This document shows, piece after piece, positions 1-11,684 of a stretch of 64,000 bases of DNA. Position numbers and translations under genes: made by a program. The stretch lies in NCBI RefSeq assembly GCF_000143415.4, contig NW_003314418.1, forward strand, positions 1 through 64,000, written 5' to 3'. Positions within the stretch are counted from its first letter, which is position 1; every line of letters starts with the position of its first letter. The stretch is from Selaginella moellendorffii (lineage: Eukaryota > Plantae > Lycopodiophyta). Under the pieces are notes generated by a model. The model did not search any database and was not told the DNA's origin. It saw only the letters and a list, made by a program, of their open reading frames with translations.

Positions 1-3000
1 TGATGGTGTCGAATTTGTTGAAATCTTATATGCAGTTCGATATGCTTACCAAGCATTGTAGATGTGATCATCCCAATCTTTCTGATTTATTTTCACAATT
101 TTCATGAGGATGTTTTTGAGTGTCTTGTTTGTTGACTCTGCTTGACCGTTGCCTTGAGGATAGTATGGTGTTGAAACCTTGTGCTAGATAGTGAATTCTT
201 GAGTCAAAATCTTCATGGTTAAATTGATGAAGTGTGTTCCTTGATCAGTGACGAGTTCTCAAGGTAAGCCATATCTTGTGATGATGTTTTCGTAAATGAA
301 CTTTATTGTGTTCTTTGTTGTAGCAGTTTTTATTAGTTGAGCTTCAGCCCATTTTGTGATATAGTGTATTGCAATTAGAATGTACTAGTTTTTCTTGGAG
401 CTTGTTATAAGTGGACCAACAAAGTCAAGTCCCCATCATTGAAAAGGTTCAAGTGGAGTTTTTGGATGAAATTCTTGAGTTTATTTCTTTGGTACATACT
501 TGGTTCATTGGTAGATGTTGCATTTTTTATAGAACTTGGCTTAGTTATCCCAAAGTGTTGGCCACCAAAGTTTTACTTGTAAAATTTTTCGAGCTGTGAT
601 TTCTTCAGCAAAATGTCTTCCTATTTGTCCATAGTAGGCTTTTTCAAGTAGATCTTGTGTTTCTTTTGGGTTTGCACATCTTTGTAAAATGTTGTCTCTT
701 CCTTGTTTGTATAGTTTTCTTCCCATGACTTAATATGGTTTTGTCCTCAAGACAAATTGCTTGCACTTGTCGAATGTTGAATATCAACTTGGTATTATTG
801 CTGTTGTAAGGTAGTAGTAGATGTTGTCCATCTAGGTTGGTGATGTGTGGATTCAAAGGATATTAGAGTTAGGAAAGTTGTCCATGTTGTGTTTCAATTG
901 TTCATCGGTTGTAATGTGGCTTAGGTGTTCATGTTCTCTTCTAGTCTTGTAGATGATCTCAAAGTTGTATTCTTGAAGTAGTAAGAACCATCGTGCAATT
1001 CCACCGGTGAGGATTGTTTTGTTGAGAAAGTGGAGGAAGTTACCAAGTAAGTAGTATCGAAACTTCTGAAGTGCATAGATCATTGCTAGAGCTTCTTTTT
1101 CAGTTGTAGTGTAGTTCATTTCGGCTGAGTTGAGTCTTCGACTTGCATAGTAGATTGGTCGGTCTTTATGATCTTCTTGTTGTTGCAAAAGGATCGCTCT
1201 GAGGGCATAGTTGGAGGCGTTGACTTGGATATTGAAGTCTTTGTTCCAATTTGGTTGAGCAAGTGTTGGAGCTTGGGTGAGGGAATTTTTGAGATTGATG
1301 AAGGCATTTTGACAATCTTGAGTCCAGTTGTAAGCTTGATTCTTCTTGAGGAGTTCGGCGATAGGTTTTGCAATTCTTTGATGAATCTTCAATGGTATCC
1401 CATCTTACCAAGGAATGATCAAACGTTTGAAATGTCGAATGGATGTTGTATGTTGGTGATTGTGAGGGTTTTGTCCTTGTCGATGAGGATTCCTTCTTTG
1501 GAAACTACATATTCAAGTAGAATTCCTGATTTGATGAAGAAAATGCACTTGTCAAGGTTCAATGTGATATTGTGTTCATGGCATTTGATGAAGCATTTCT
1601 CTAAGCATTGGAGATGATCTTCTTTGTTGCTGAAGACACTGAAGTCATTCATAAATACTCGCATAAATTCGGTGAGGTATTTTCGATAAGTGTCAATGAT
1701 GATCCATTGAAACATGAATGGTGCATTGGAGAGACTGAAAGGCATGCGAAGGTAGGCGTATGCTCTCTATAGATTGATGAAAGCCGTCTTATGTTGATCT
1801 TTTGGCGCAATGTGTACTTAATTGTGTTTACTGAAGCTGTTAAGAAAGGAGTACATCCTGCAACTGCATCAAGAATTTCATCAAAGAATGGAATTGAAAA
1901 GGTGTCCTTTTGAGTTGTATTGTTGAGCTTCTTATATTTGACACAAATCCTAAACTTGTTGTTCTTCTTGGGTAGTGGTGGTAGCCATTTTGGATTTTGA
2001 ATTGGGAAGATGAATCCAACATTTTTGAGTTTGTCAAGCTCTGCCTTGACTTTGGTTTGTATGTTTGGATTCATTCGGTAGGCTGATTGCTTTGTTGGTA
2101 CCACTTGTGATTGAAGTTCAATCCGATGTGTGTAGAGTTCAAGTGGAATTCCTTGTAAGTCAGTCTAGAATCAAGTGAAAACATCTTGATAAGTGTCAAG
2201 TAGTTGGGTTGCTTTTGCTTTAAAATTTTCATCAAGCTCTTGGGCAATGTGAAGTTTTTTTGGTTCTTTAGGTGTTCCAAGGTTAATTTTTTGAGCTGGT
2301 TCTTCAAGGTTGAGTATTGGTGTAAGTCATGATCCTTCTTGTCTTAGACCTGGTTGTTCTTAGAGTGGAATTTGTTGATGCGTCAGTTTAAACTATTCAA
2401 GTTTGATGCTTGAATGTTCTCATTGTTTTCTCACGTATGCTAGTATTATCTTTTCTTTCAAATCTTGGTGTTGGAAATCTTCATTTTGAAGTTGAGGATC
2501 TTGATTGCTTGTTTTCTTCAGGATGATTCAGTTGAGATTGACTTAGATTAGCATTTTTAATTCAGGGTGTGCCTTGAGAATTTGAGCTTCTTCATAGCTG
2601 TCGAGTCCTTCATTCTAGTCATATTGTTTGATTGTGGTTAGTTAAAATTTCTTTGCGATCTTCTTTACAATACTGGTAGATAGTTGTGGAGCATCTTTAT
2701 GTCCTCCAAGGGTGATGGTATTGTTCCTCCAGTATGTGATAATGTCTATGGACTTGAGCCAAGTTCATTTGAGGAGTACTTTGTAGTAGCTTTGGTCTTT
2801 CGCCATCTTGAGTACGATGAAAGTTACATTAAATTCTTGATCTTTAATCTTGATAGGAATGTTGTGCATAATTCCTATGGTTGTACACTCCGATTGTCAG
2901 CCATCTTGACATTGAAGGGTGTAGAGTAGATTGGTCCAAGTCCCATTGCTTTGCAAATTGAATACTCGATAATGTTAACATTTGTTCTACCATTGATGAT

Positions 3001-5916
3001 TACTTATATAACTTTGTTCTTTCCTATCGTGATTAAGATGCATAGTACATCTTCACCATAGTCGCTAGATTGGATGTTTGCCTTATGGCATGAGTTGTTG
3101 GTTTTTTTCTTGACTTGAGCTGAAGTTTTTTTGTGAAGAAGCTTGCAATATCTTGAGAAATTGTTTTCTCAAGTACAAAGCTACTTGTGAAAGTTTTAGA
3201 AGGGTGAGTGTGATACCTTGTTGAAGAATGTTGGTGATGGGTTTTGGTTGTTCCTCTTTTCTTGACAGAGTTTTAGTCACAATTTCCTGATCATCTTCAA
3301 CTTCAAGTTGTTGTTATTGAAGGGTTTGCTGAATGTGTTGACTAGCTCTTTGCTTTGTTGCTATTCGTGCCTTGAGATTTTTGCACTTTATCTTGGAGTT
3401 CTTGTTCTTTGATTTTTCCTCAAGGTCATCTTCAGGAGTGTAGTGTTTTTTCTGACTTTGAGTTAGAGCTCTTACCTCAGGTTCATCTTCAAAGTGTTCA
3501 TCTTCGATTTAGTCGATGTTGATATTTCTTGTTGTTGGAGGAGGTCTTCAATGTTGCTAATCTTGCTGAGGAGGTGGATTTGATTTTGTTGTTGTTGGTA
3601 TTAGGGTCAGATTTCTTGAGTTTGAGGTGCTATTGATAGTTGTTGCGAGGAAATACTCTAAATGGTGGATTATATTGTTGATTTTGCTATTGATAGTTTA
3701 GTTATTGCAAAGGTGGTCTCCATCGTTGATTGTTGTGGTACTGTTGTTGATAGTTGTTTTGCCAAAGTGATGGTCTCCATTGTTGGTTGTCTCGATAAGG
3801 TTGCTGATAAGCCTGTTTATATGGTTGCTGATATTAATTGTTTTGGTTGTCATTATTGTATTGTCGATGGTATCTAGGGTTAGGATTATATGTACCTTGA
3901 TTTTGGTAGTTCAACTACCACTGTTATGGTTCTTGTCTGGGTTGATTGTAATGTCTTCTACTTGGTGTAGGAGTTCAAGATATGTTCTCGACTTATGTGA
4001 CTTCTCAAGGAAATGTTGTGTAGTTGTAGAATCATGTGGTGTAAACTAACACAATCTTATGTATTGGTATTTATGTTGCTACACTATACTCAACTCAGTA
4101 AAGTTGATTAGTCTTCAACAAGGTCATTGCTGGCCAACTTTGGGATCGAATAGGAGTGCATACTATAGCTACTCTTTTTACGAGTCTTTGTTGTGTTAAA
4201 TTATTATAAAGTAATCGTGGCCTACCTCTAATTGTGTTGTATAAAGTTGTGTGCGTCCTCACTATAAGCGTCTGCGTTCTCCAGTTGATAGTGATGTTCA
4301 AAAAGTCAGAGTTGAGTAGTGGTTGTATTCTAAATGTTGTTGTCCCCAAGATTGTTGTTGATACAGGTTTCTAGATTCTTGATTCTTGTATTTTTTATCT
4401 TCGATCGCTGTGCATGCTTTGATTAACTATTATTTTTATTCCCCATTGTCCCCAAGGGACCTCCACTTGTTAAATCCTTAGTATTTGATTTCTATTTGCT
4501 TTGTTGCTTCTTAATAGCTCATCTGATAAATGTATATTTTCGTTTTCAATAATGTGAAGAAGAAATGCAAGTGCTTATTATTATGTTAGATGGTATACTA
4601 TTACCAAAAAGAGTTTAGGATAGTTTCCATCAAACTAGACTACCTATTTCCAACTTATTTGAAACATCAATAAAAGAAAAGATTGAGATTCCAATATTCC
4701 CACCCTAAAGTTATGTTGTGTAGAGCATCTTGAGGGTCTACAACGATAACTAGTCCCTCAGCCACAACTACATGTATAGCATCCACTATCTTCACAAGAT
4801 CTTTATACCATATACTACAAGCATTTATATCTATAGAAGAACAACTAGAATTAAGGATATTCTTGCCTTTAGAAATATTTTTACTCTCTATCTTATGTGG
4901 ATAACATCTTTATCATTATTCCTCTATGTACCAATTGTATTTCTCTAAGAGATTTTTGTAGGAAATATCTCTATTGGAGACATCAGTTAATTTTGCTTCT
5001 ATATAGAAAACTCACTAAAAATCAACTCACCTATAAGGTGGGAGTAATTCTAGTTCAACACCCTTAATAATGCAAGCAAAACACATCTAACTCNNNNNNN
5101 NNNNNNNNNNNNNNNNNNNNNNNNNNNNNNNNNNNNNNNNNNNNNNNNNNNNNNNNNNNNNNNNNNNNNNNNNNNNNNNNNNNNNNNNNNNNNGATGAAA
5201 GAATATGAGCTCACAATAAACCAAAGTCAAATTAAGAGAGACACAAATTGGTAAGTGCAAGTTTGTAAAATGCCCAGAGAAATGGGGGTTACTTAACTTT
5301 GAACAAGCATGGTCTCACACTCATTCTTCAAAAATGTAAGGATTTCTAACACTCTCCCTCTCATGACCTCTTGTTTTTTTAAGCTAGCGTGTGGGCTCAT
5401 GCCTAGCCAAACTCAAATTTGAGTTTCTCCAAAGAAGCTTGAGATTTCTTGGCGTGCACTTGTACACCTATAGACCAGTTTTGGATGACTCTCTCTTGTA
5501 AATCTTTGTTCTTTTGTTTTGAGATTTCTAGGCATGTGCTCTCATGCCTATAAACAAGTATGGGATGACTCTCTTGTAAATACACTACACTATCATATAG
5601 TCTCACACCAAGCAATACTAAAATACGAATGTATATTCTTTATAATAATGGAAACCATATGTTTTGAGGAAAGAAAAACTTACCATAGCTATAAACAAAC
5701 CGAAAAAGTGTGGGAGAGATATGTGCTTAGGATGTGCTAGAGAGGAAGGAAAAATGCCTCCTAAGATGTGATCCATGAACCAGTAGTGGCGAACCCTAGA
5801 GAACCCAAATAATAAAACCTAAGAAAAAACCATAAAGCTAAGAGGGGGAAAATTTGAAATGCAAGCTTGACAAAGAATTTGAAATGCAAGGGTAGTGTTA
5901 TGATACTAATAGCTTG
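1..5916 (-). mobile_element. Degenerate Ty3/gypsy (non-chromovirus-like) LTR retrotransposon, copy B1; runs off the left edge of the window
   Basis: Minus-strand fragments: RT (RICVKYKKLN, MPFSLSNAP, VFMNDFSVF; 1419-2104), RNase H (VNASNYALRAIL, YYASRRLNSAEMNYTTTEKE; 853-1392), integrase (1-726) and protease region (~2750-3060). Many stops and frameshifts. Reverse complement of 31533-38902. Confidence 0.85.
5094..5193. other. Assembly gap (100 N)
   Basis: Run of exactly 100 n. Confidence 1.
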
Positions 5917-6055
5917 GAGCTAAACTCTTATAAACATCTCTAAACATGCTCATTTAATTAACCACCAATGAACGGCCAAGATATCTTTACCAGCACTCCC
6001 CCACTAATTTTCTTTCGAAAATAAAAAAAACTAAAAGCAAAGAAGATATTATCAA

Positions 6056-6162
6056 ACACTATTTTTTCAATGTTTGTTTTTTTTTCTTATTTTCTACTAT
6101 GAATTAACTTACAACTCAATCACACAATATTTGGAGCTGGAAGAATTGAATCCAACTTAATT
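6056..6162 (+). repeat. ~107-bp direct repeat of host sequence, repeated at 10787-10892
   Basis: acactattttttcaat...caatcacacaatatttggagctggaagaattgaatccaacttaatt is present on both sides of the gypsy element. Confidence 0.9.
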
Positions 6163-8075
6163 GAATCCACATATCATTCTTGGGATGATGCTCAACATTT
6201 GCATGAGTTTCCCATGTGTCTCCAAGGGATGGCGTTGCAGTGGTACAATGGTTTGAGCACAGCCACTTGTGAGGATTGGAGTGTTCTCCCAAACATCTTC
6301 AAACACGCCTTCAGACATGCCGATGACTATGATAATGCCTTCCAACAATTGCATTGTCTTTGCCAAGGGCCATCTGAGTTGGTGATGCAATTTGGTGTTC
6401 GTTTTTTAAGCCTTTTGCTTCATGCAGAGGCAAATATATCAAAGCAGATCAAGCTAGAAATGTTGTGGCCAGCACTTCGTCAAAATCTTGTCGGACTTGT
6501 GCATGCATTTGTTCTTGCCACCTTTGATAATGCTCTTCGCTTGGCACAACGCTATGAGATGTCACCTCTTCCACTTCTCGTTGCACGTCCTTCAACTCCA
6601 CTTCCTATGGGTGATAGTCCTATTCCAATAGAGGTTGATGCTGTTGCTACTCGAGTCCAAGGACAAAGGCGAGGACGTGGTCGTGGCCGTGATGTTCGCT
6701 GCTAAGCGTGTGATGAAGTTGGTCATACTTACCGGCGTTGTTGGCATTTTCTGGATTGGTAACCTCCATTTCCTAGGTGGAGACTTTGGCGTCAACAACG
6801 TCCCATTGGTGCTACTGCAGTGGACGGTTTGGACACCGAGATGCATTCGGGAAACGAAGAGTCACACAAGTAACGAAGGGACCTTGTGCGAATAAGTCAG
6901 TAACCCCTCCATCTTTCTTTTGGGAGTATCATCAAGGGGTTCACTCGGCACCAGTTCATCCAGTGTTTACTTTCCAATCTTGTTTTTATAATAAAAGATC
7001 TTCTATTATTCTCTCCGTGTTGGTTGATACAGGTTCAAGTTTATCTTCTATTGCTTGACCTGTTGTCACATGTTGTCATCTACACTTGCATCATGCGGCA
7101 GAATCAGTTTTCATTCTTTATGGCAACAGCTGTACACATGCATGTGCACGGGATGAGGTAGATTTGGTTGTGTGTATGGGCGATCTTGAGCTTGAGTTGC
7201 AGTCATTGTAGGTGGTGTTGAGTCAAACTTTTAACTTCATTCTTGGTATGGATTGGTTGCAGTGCAATCATGTCAAGTGTGACTTTGAGGCTTCTCCCCC
7301 TTGTCTCATACTTCCTTATGTTTCATCCATTCCTTTTACTTCTGTACCTCTTCGTCCCTTTATTTTTACCTCTACTTCCATTACTTTTGTTCCCCCACTA
7401 TTTCCTCCTATGTTTCCATTTTGTTCTACTCTTCCCTTTTCCGATCCCTCTGACAATCTTTGTGTTGTAGTGGTTGACTGGCTCATGAAAGAGTATTTTG
7501 ATCTCTTTGAATTTAACCTATCGTCTGGGGCCAAGATTGCCACACGTCATCTGATTCCAACCGGGGATGCTCAGCCAATCAAAGTTTTGGTTTGTCGTCG
7601 GTCACCCAAAAAGATCAAAATTTTACGTGCAAACGTCAAAGAGATGTTGGAGAAGGGTGTTATTTGGAAGTCGCAGAGTCTTTGGGCATGTGAACCTCAT
7701 CTTGTGATAAAGCCTAATGGGAGTATTCATTTTTGCATTGACTATCTTTCGTTAAATGAAGTGACGATCCCAGATATATACCCTCTTCCTCACACAGCTA
7801 ATTTTTTGGATCATCTGGGGTGAAGTCATTGGTTCACCAAGTTAAATCTTATTTCTGGGTACTGGCAAATATTGATGGCCGAAGAAGATATTCCTAAGAC
7901 TGCTTTTCGTACACCATTTGGTTTGTACGAGTTCTTGGTGATGCTGTTTGGTTTAAACAATGCTCCAGCAACTTTCTAATGGATAATGGACGAAGTTCTT
8001 TGCGATATGCCAGAGGTGATTGCTGACTTCATTGATGATGTTTTGATTCACTCGGAGGGGATGTGGGAGGAGCAC

Positions 8076-8287
8076 ATTTATGATGTTTGTAAAGTGTTGG
8101 ATCGGCTACGTGACATTGGTTTAAAGCTAAAGTGGTCAAAGTGTGTGTTTGGGTCCAAGGACACAACTTATCTTGGGTACATATTTATGATGTTTGTAAA
8201 GTGTTGGATCGGCTACGTGACGTTGGTTTAAAGCTGAAGCGGTCAAAGTGCGTGTTTGGGTCCAAGGACACAACTTATCTTGGGTAC
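8076..8287 (+). repeat. 107-bp tandem duplication inside RT
   Basis: atttatgatgtttgtaaagtgttggatcggctacg...tcttgggtac starts at 8076 and again at 8183. Confidence 0.95.
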
Positions 8288-8409
8288 CGTATTTCACGTG
8301 AAGGTTTGCAAGTTGATCCTGACAAACTTGTGGCTGTTCTAAAGTTCCTTACTCCGAAGTGTGTGAATGCTCTGTAGCGCTTCTTGGGCAAAGTGCAATA
8401 TCTCGGTCG

Positions 8410-8568
8410 TGTAAGCTCCTGAGTTTAGACTTCCCAGGAAGTCACCCAGCCCAATACTATTCAAACCCAAGGGCACTTAACCCCAAGTATCCCAAGACCC
8501 TTAACCGATTGGAAAAGGGGGTGCATTCTTTAGATCGTCTCTTGAGTCGTTCCCTTTGGTTGCTTACA
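8410..8568 (-). mobile_element. Cassandra TRIM solo LTR (159 bp) with 5S-like A/C boxes
   Basis: TGTAAGC...GCTTACA termini and 5-bp TSD GGTCG (8405-8409, 8569-8573). Reverse complement of the LTRs at 54198-54392, with a 36-bp internal deletion. Confidence 0.92.
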
Positions 8569-10628
8569 GGTCGTTTGTGGATTATCTTTCTGATCGCACT
8601 ACACTGTTGCGAGCATTGCTAAAGTCATCAACATCATCTTTCAACTGGTCTCTGGATTGTGAGCGGGCATTCATGGATCTCAAAGAGTTATTGACGACTC
8701 CAATTTTGGCATATCAGGACTACACTCGACCTTTTATTTTGCGAATGGATGCTTCTGACATTAGTTTTGGAAGTGTGTTGATGCGAAAGAGCTCGAGTGT
8801 GCTTGGTCAGCACCATCCCATTGCGTATATAAGTTGTACATTACAACCAGTGGAGATGAACTACTCCACTATAGAGAAGGAGTGTTTAGTAGAAGTCTGG
8901 GGTTTCAAGAAACTTCATGCATATCTACATAGTTCTCTAACATTACTTGAAGATGACCATGCTGCTATTACTTCATTATTGAAGCGGAAGAACCTAGTTG
9001 GTCGTACTACTTGATGTGCTTTGAAGCTTTAGATATATGATTTTGATGTTGTTCATCACCAAGGGAGTTCTATGGCTGATGTTGATGCCCTTTTTTGAGC
9101 TTTTCTTCTTTCTCCACTCTCTTCTCACATTTCTAACAAGCCTGTTGTTCCAACATCTGTGGATTTTCTAGATGAGGATTATGTGCTGTCAATGGTTGTT
9201 GTATTTGATGTTTAGTGTCCACAAGGCGCAGAGCAAGATCTACCTTCTCTTGATAAGGTTCTCAAGGCTCAAAAGATTGAGCCGTGGATTCGAAGGCTTT
9301 GAGATGAGTTTGAGAATCTTGCATCACTTGCTGATGACTTGCTTTTCCAGCATTTACATTCTCAATATCACCTTAAAAATGGCCTTCTTTATTTTGTAGG
9401 AACTAATCTTGATGATCATTTACAACTGGTGGTGCCTTCTGTCTTTATTCCACGGTTTCTCCATGCCTACCATGATTCTCCTATTTTAGATGGGCATATG
9501 GGACATCGTTGTGTAACTGAGAAGCTGCGCAGGTCTTTCTATTGGTCAAAGATGCGATGTGATATTATCCAGTATGTGTGTAGTTGCGTTTGGTGCCAAG
9601 CTCATAATACTCCCCCTCATGCTGCAGAAGGACTGTTAGAGTTAATTTCAGTTTCCCGTCCGTTTGAGTTGGTGGCGTTTGATCTTATAGGACCTTTTCC
9701 ACTGTTGGCATTGAGTATGTTATTATTGCTTCTGACTACTTGACTCGTTGGGTGGAAGTTAGTGCTCTTGCTAGCGCCTCTGCAACTATTGTTGAATACT
9801 TCCTCCTCAATCGAGTGGTGTTCCAACATTCTTGTGTAGAGTGGATTCTTTCGGATAATGGTCCCGCATTTATGGCTGACACATTTTATGTTTTGACGTT
9901 CAGTTGCGGATGCACCACACTTTTATGAGTGCTTATCATCCACAATCAGACGGTCTAGTGGAACAGCTCGTTCGGACGTTCAAAGGGATGATCGTGAAGT
10001 ATGTGAACTTTCAGCATTCGGATTGGGATGGTTATTTGCCGTCTCTTTGGTATGCATATGTCACAGGGGTGCAGAGTTCTGTTGATGCTTCACCATATAA
10101 ACTCCTATATGATCATGATCCAGTATTACCAACGGAGCTGGGTCTACTTTCGCAATTGCCACGAGCTACCGATGCTAGGTCTTGGGACCAATATTTGACG
10201 AGCATCCTTCCACTTGTTCGAGCAGAGTCTACCAAACACTTAGGCCGTGTACAAGTCAGACAATAACGGTGCTACAACTCCCATCATCGTCCACCTGTGA
10301 AGTACAAAGTGGATGACTTGGTGTTGGTCCTTTTTCCCCACCTTACGGTATGTGGTTTATCTAAGAAGCTCCTTGCTCAGTGGAAAGGACCATATCAGAT
10401 GTTGTGGCAAGTGGGACCACAAGTTTATGAGGTTCAACATAATGTTCAGCAGGCCGATCCTTCAGAGATTGTGCATGTGTAGCGGTTGAAACGCTTCATA
10501 CAAAGGGATCAGAAACAGATAATACCACCTACAGATCCGCCAATGCCTTCTCCTGATGTTCCTCCAGATCTTAGCCCATCTATAAGAGAACCCTAATGGT
10601 ATTCCGTTATTCTGAGAGGAGGGAATGA

Positions 10629-10786
10629 TGTGAAGGCCAAGTTTACAACTACGAAATATTAGTATAGTGAGATTTTGGTAGCTGTCAGATTGGTTTTAAT
10701 CCGGACCTCTTGTATATAAACTAGGGTTTTTGGGCTAATTGATATGCACATTTTCTGTATTCCTTTCTATATTCCAAGCACTCACA
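10629..10786 (+). repeat. 3' LTR (158 bp) of the 6163-10786 element
   Basis: Starts TGTGA directly after the PPT and ends TCACA (inverted termini); contains tatataaa. Confidence 0.75.
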
Positions 10787-11684
10787 ACACTATTTTTTCA
10801 ATATTTGTTTTTTTTCTTATTTTCTACTATTAAGTAATTTAAACTCAATCACACAATATTTGGAGCTGGAAGAATTGAATCCAACTTAATTTCAGCAAAC
10901 TGATGAGGATGGACAATTTTTATTTTCATTTCTTTTGCACTTCTTACATTTCTTAATTTGTTTCTACTCTTCTTATACACACTTCTTCGGTGTATTTGGC
11001 CCATTAGTACACTATGTACTAAGCTTATGATACACTTGTTGCTAATTCTCAACAATTTGTGCATCTGCTGGTTGAAACACACACACACACACACACTGTG
11101 TAGGGCTAGCTCCATCCACAAGAGAGCCTTGAGGTTGGGCACTAGAGGCTGGAAGAAGTCGTCACAGGAGAGAGCAAGCAGGTCACCACTCACAACAAGC
11201 TCAAAAAATCTGGAAGGAAGACGTTGCCAAGGAACTAGTGAGTACGTCGCAAGAAACAAATGCCATTGTCACCAGCTTCCACACGTCTTCAACGTCCTCT
11301 AGGAGCACAAACCCAAAGTTGGTCATGCTGCAAGCCGCCATCACCTTGCTCCTGGAACATGAGGCGGTACTTGCTATCAGCAAAGAGTTTGGGTACCGGC
11401 AAGTCTTCATACTAAGGCTTATTATCTGATCTGTTTTGGGGCACCTGTTGGCAGGTTTAGTCAGCATTCCCGGATTCTGCTACCAAAAAGAAATTTAAAT
11501 TTAAGACAACGTGTCATCCTCCTTTTGCATAGTTTTAACTTTTAAATGTTAATTTTTTCTCCGTGAAGTTCAGGTTGGTGGCGGTACTTTGACGAGGCAT
11601 GCTCACTCAGTGGCCCATGTTTCTGCTTGACTCACGGAGGGTTTAAAACCAGGGATAACTGCAAGAAAGAGCACTGACATGTTT

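Larger units (their letters stand above)
6163..10786 (+). mobile_element. 5'-truncated degenerate Ty3/gypsy retrotransposon (gag-PR-RT-RH-IN, PPT, 3' LTR)
   Basis: Gag (ALQWYNGL..., 6199-6705) with CCHC-like remnants; protease LVDTGSS (~7020); RT (FCIDY, YPLP, FIDDVL); RNase H (MDASD, NYSTIEKE); integrase (GHMG...CVWCQ, SDNGPAF, GPY); PPT gagaggagggaatga 10614-10628. Confidence 0.9.

Noticed and set aside
5403-5740. ORFs conserved with 31709-32046 as real genes
   Set aside because: Conservation is explained by recent duplication; no recognisable motifs, and ORFs overlap on both strands.
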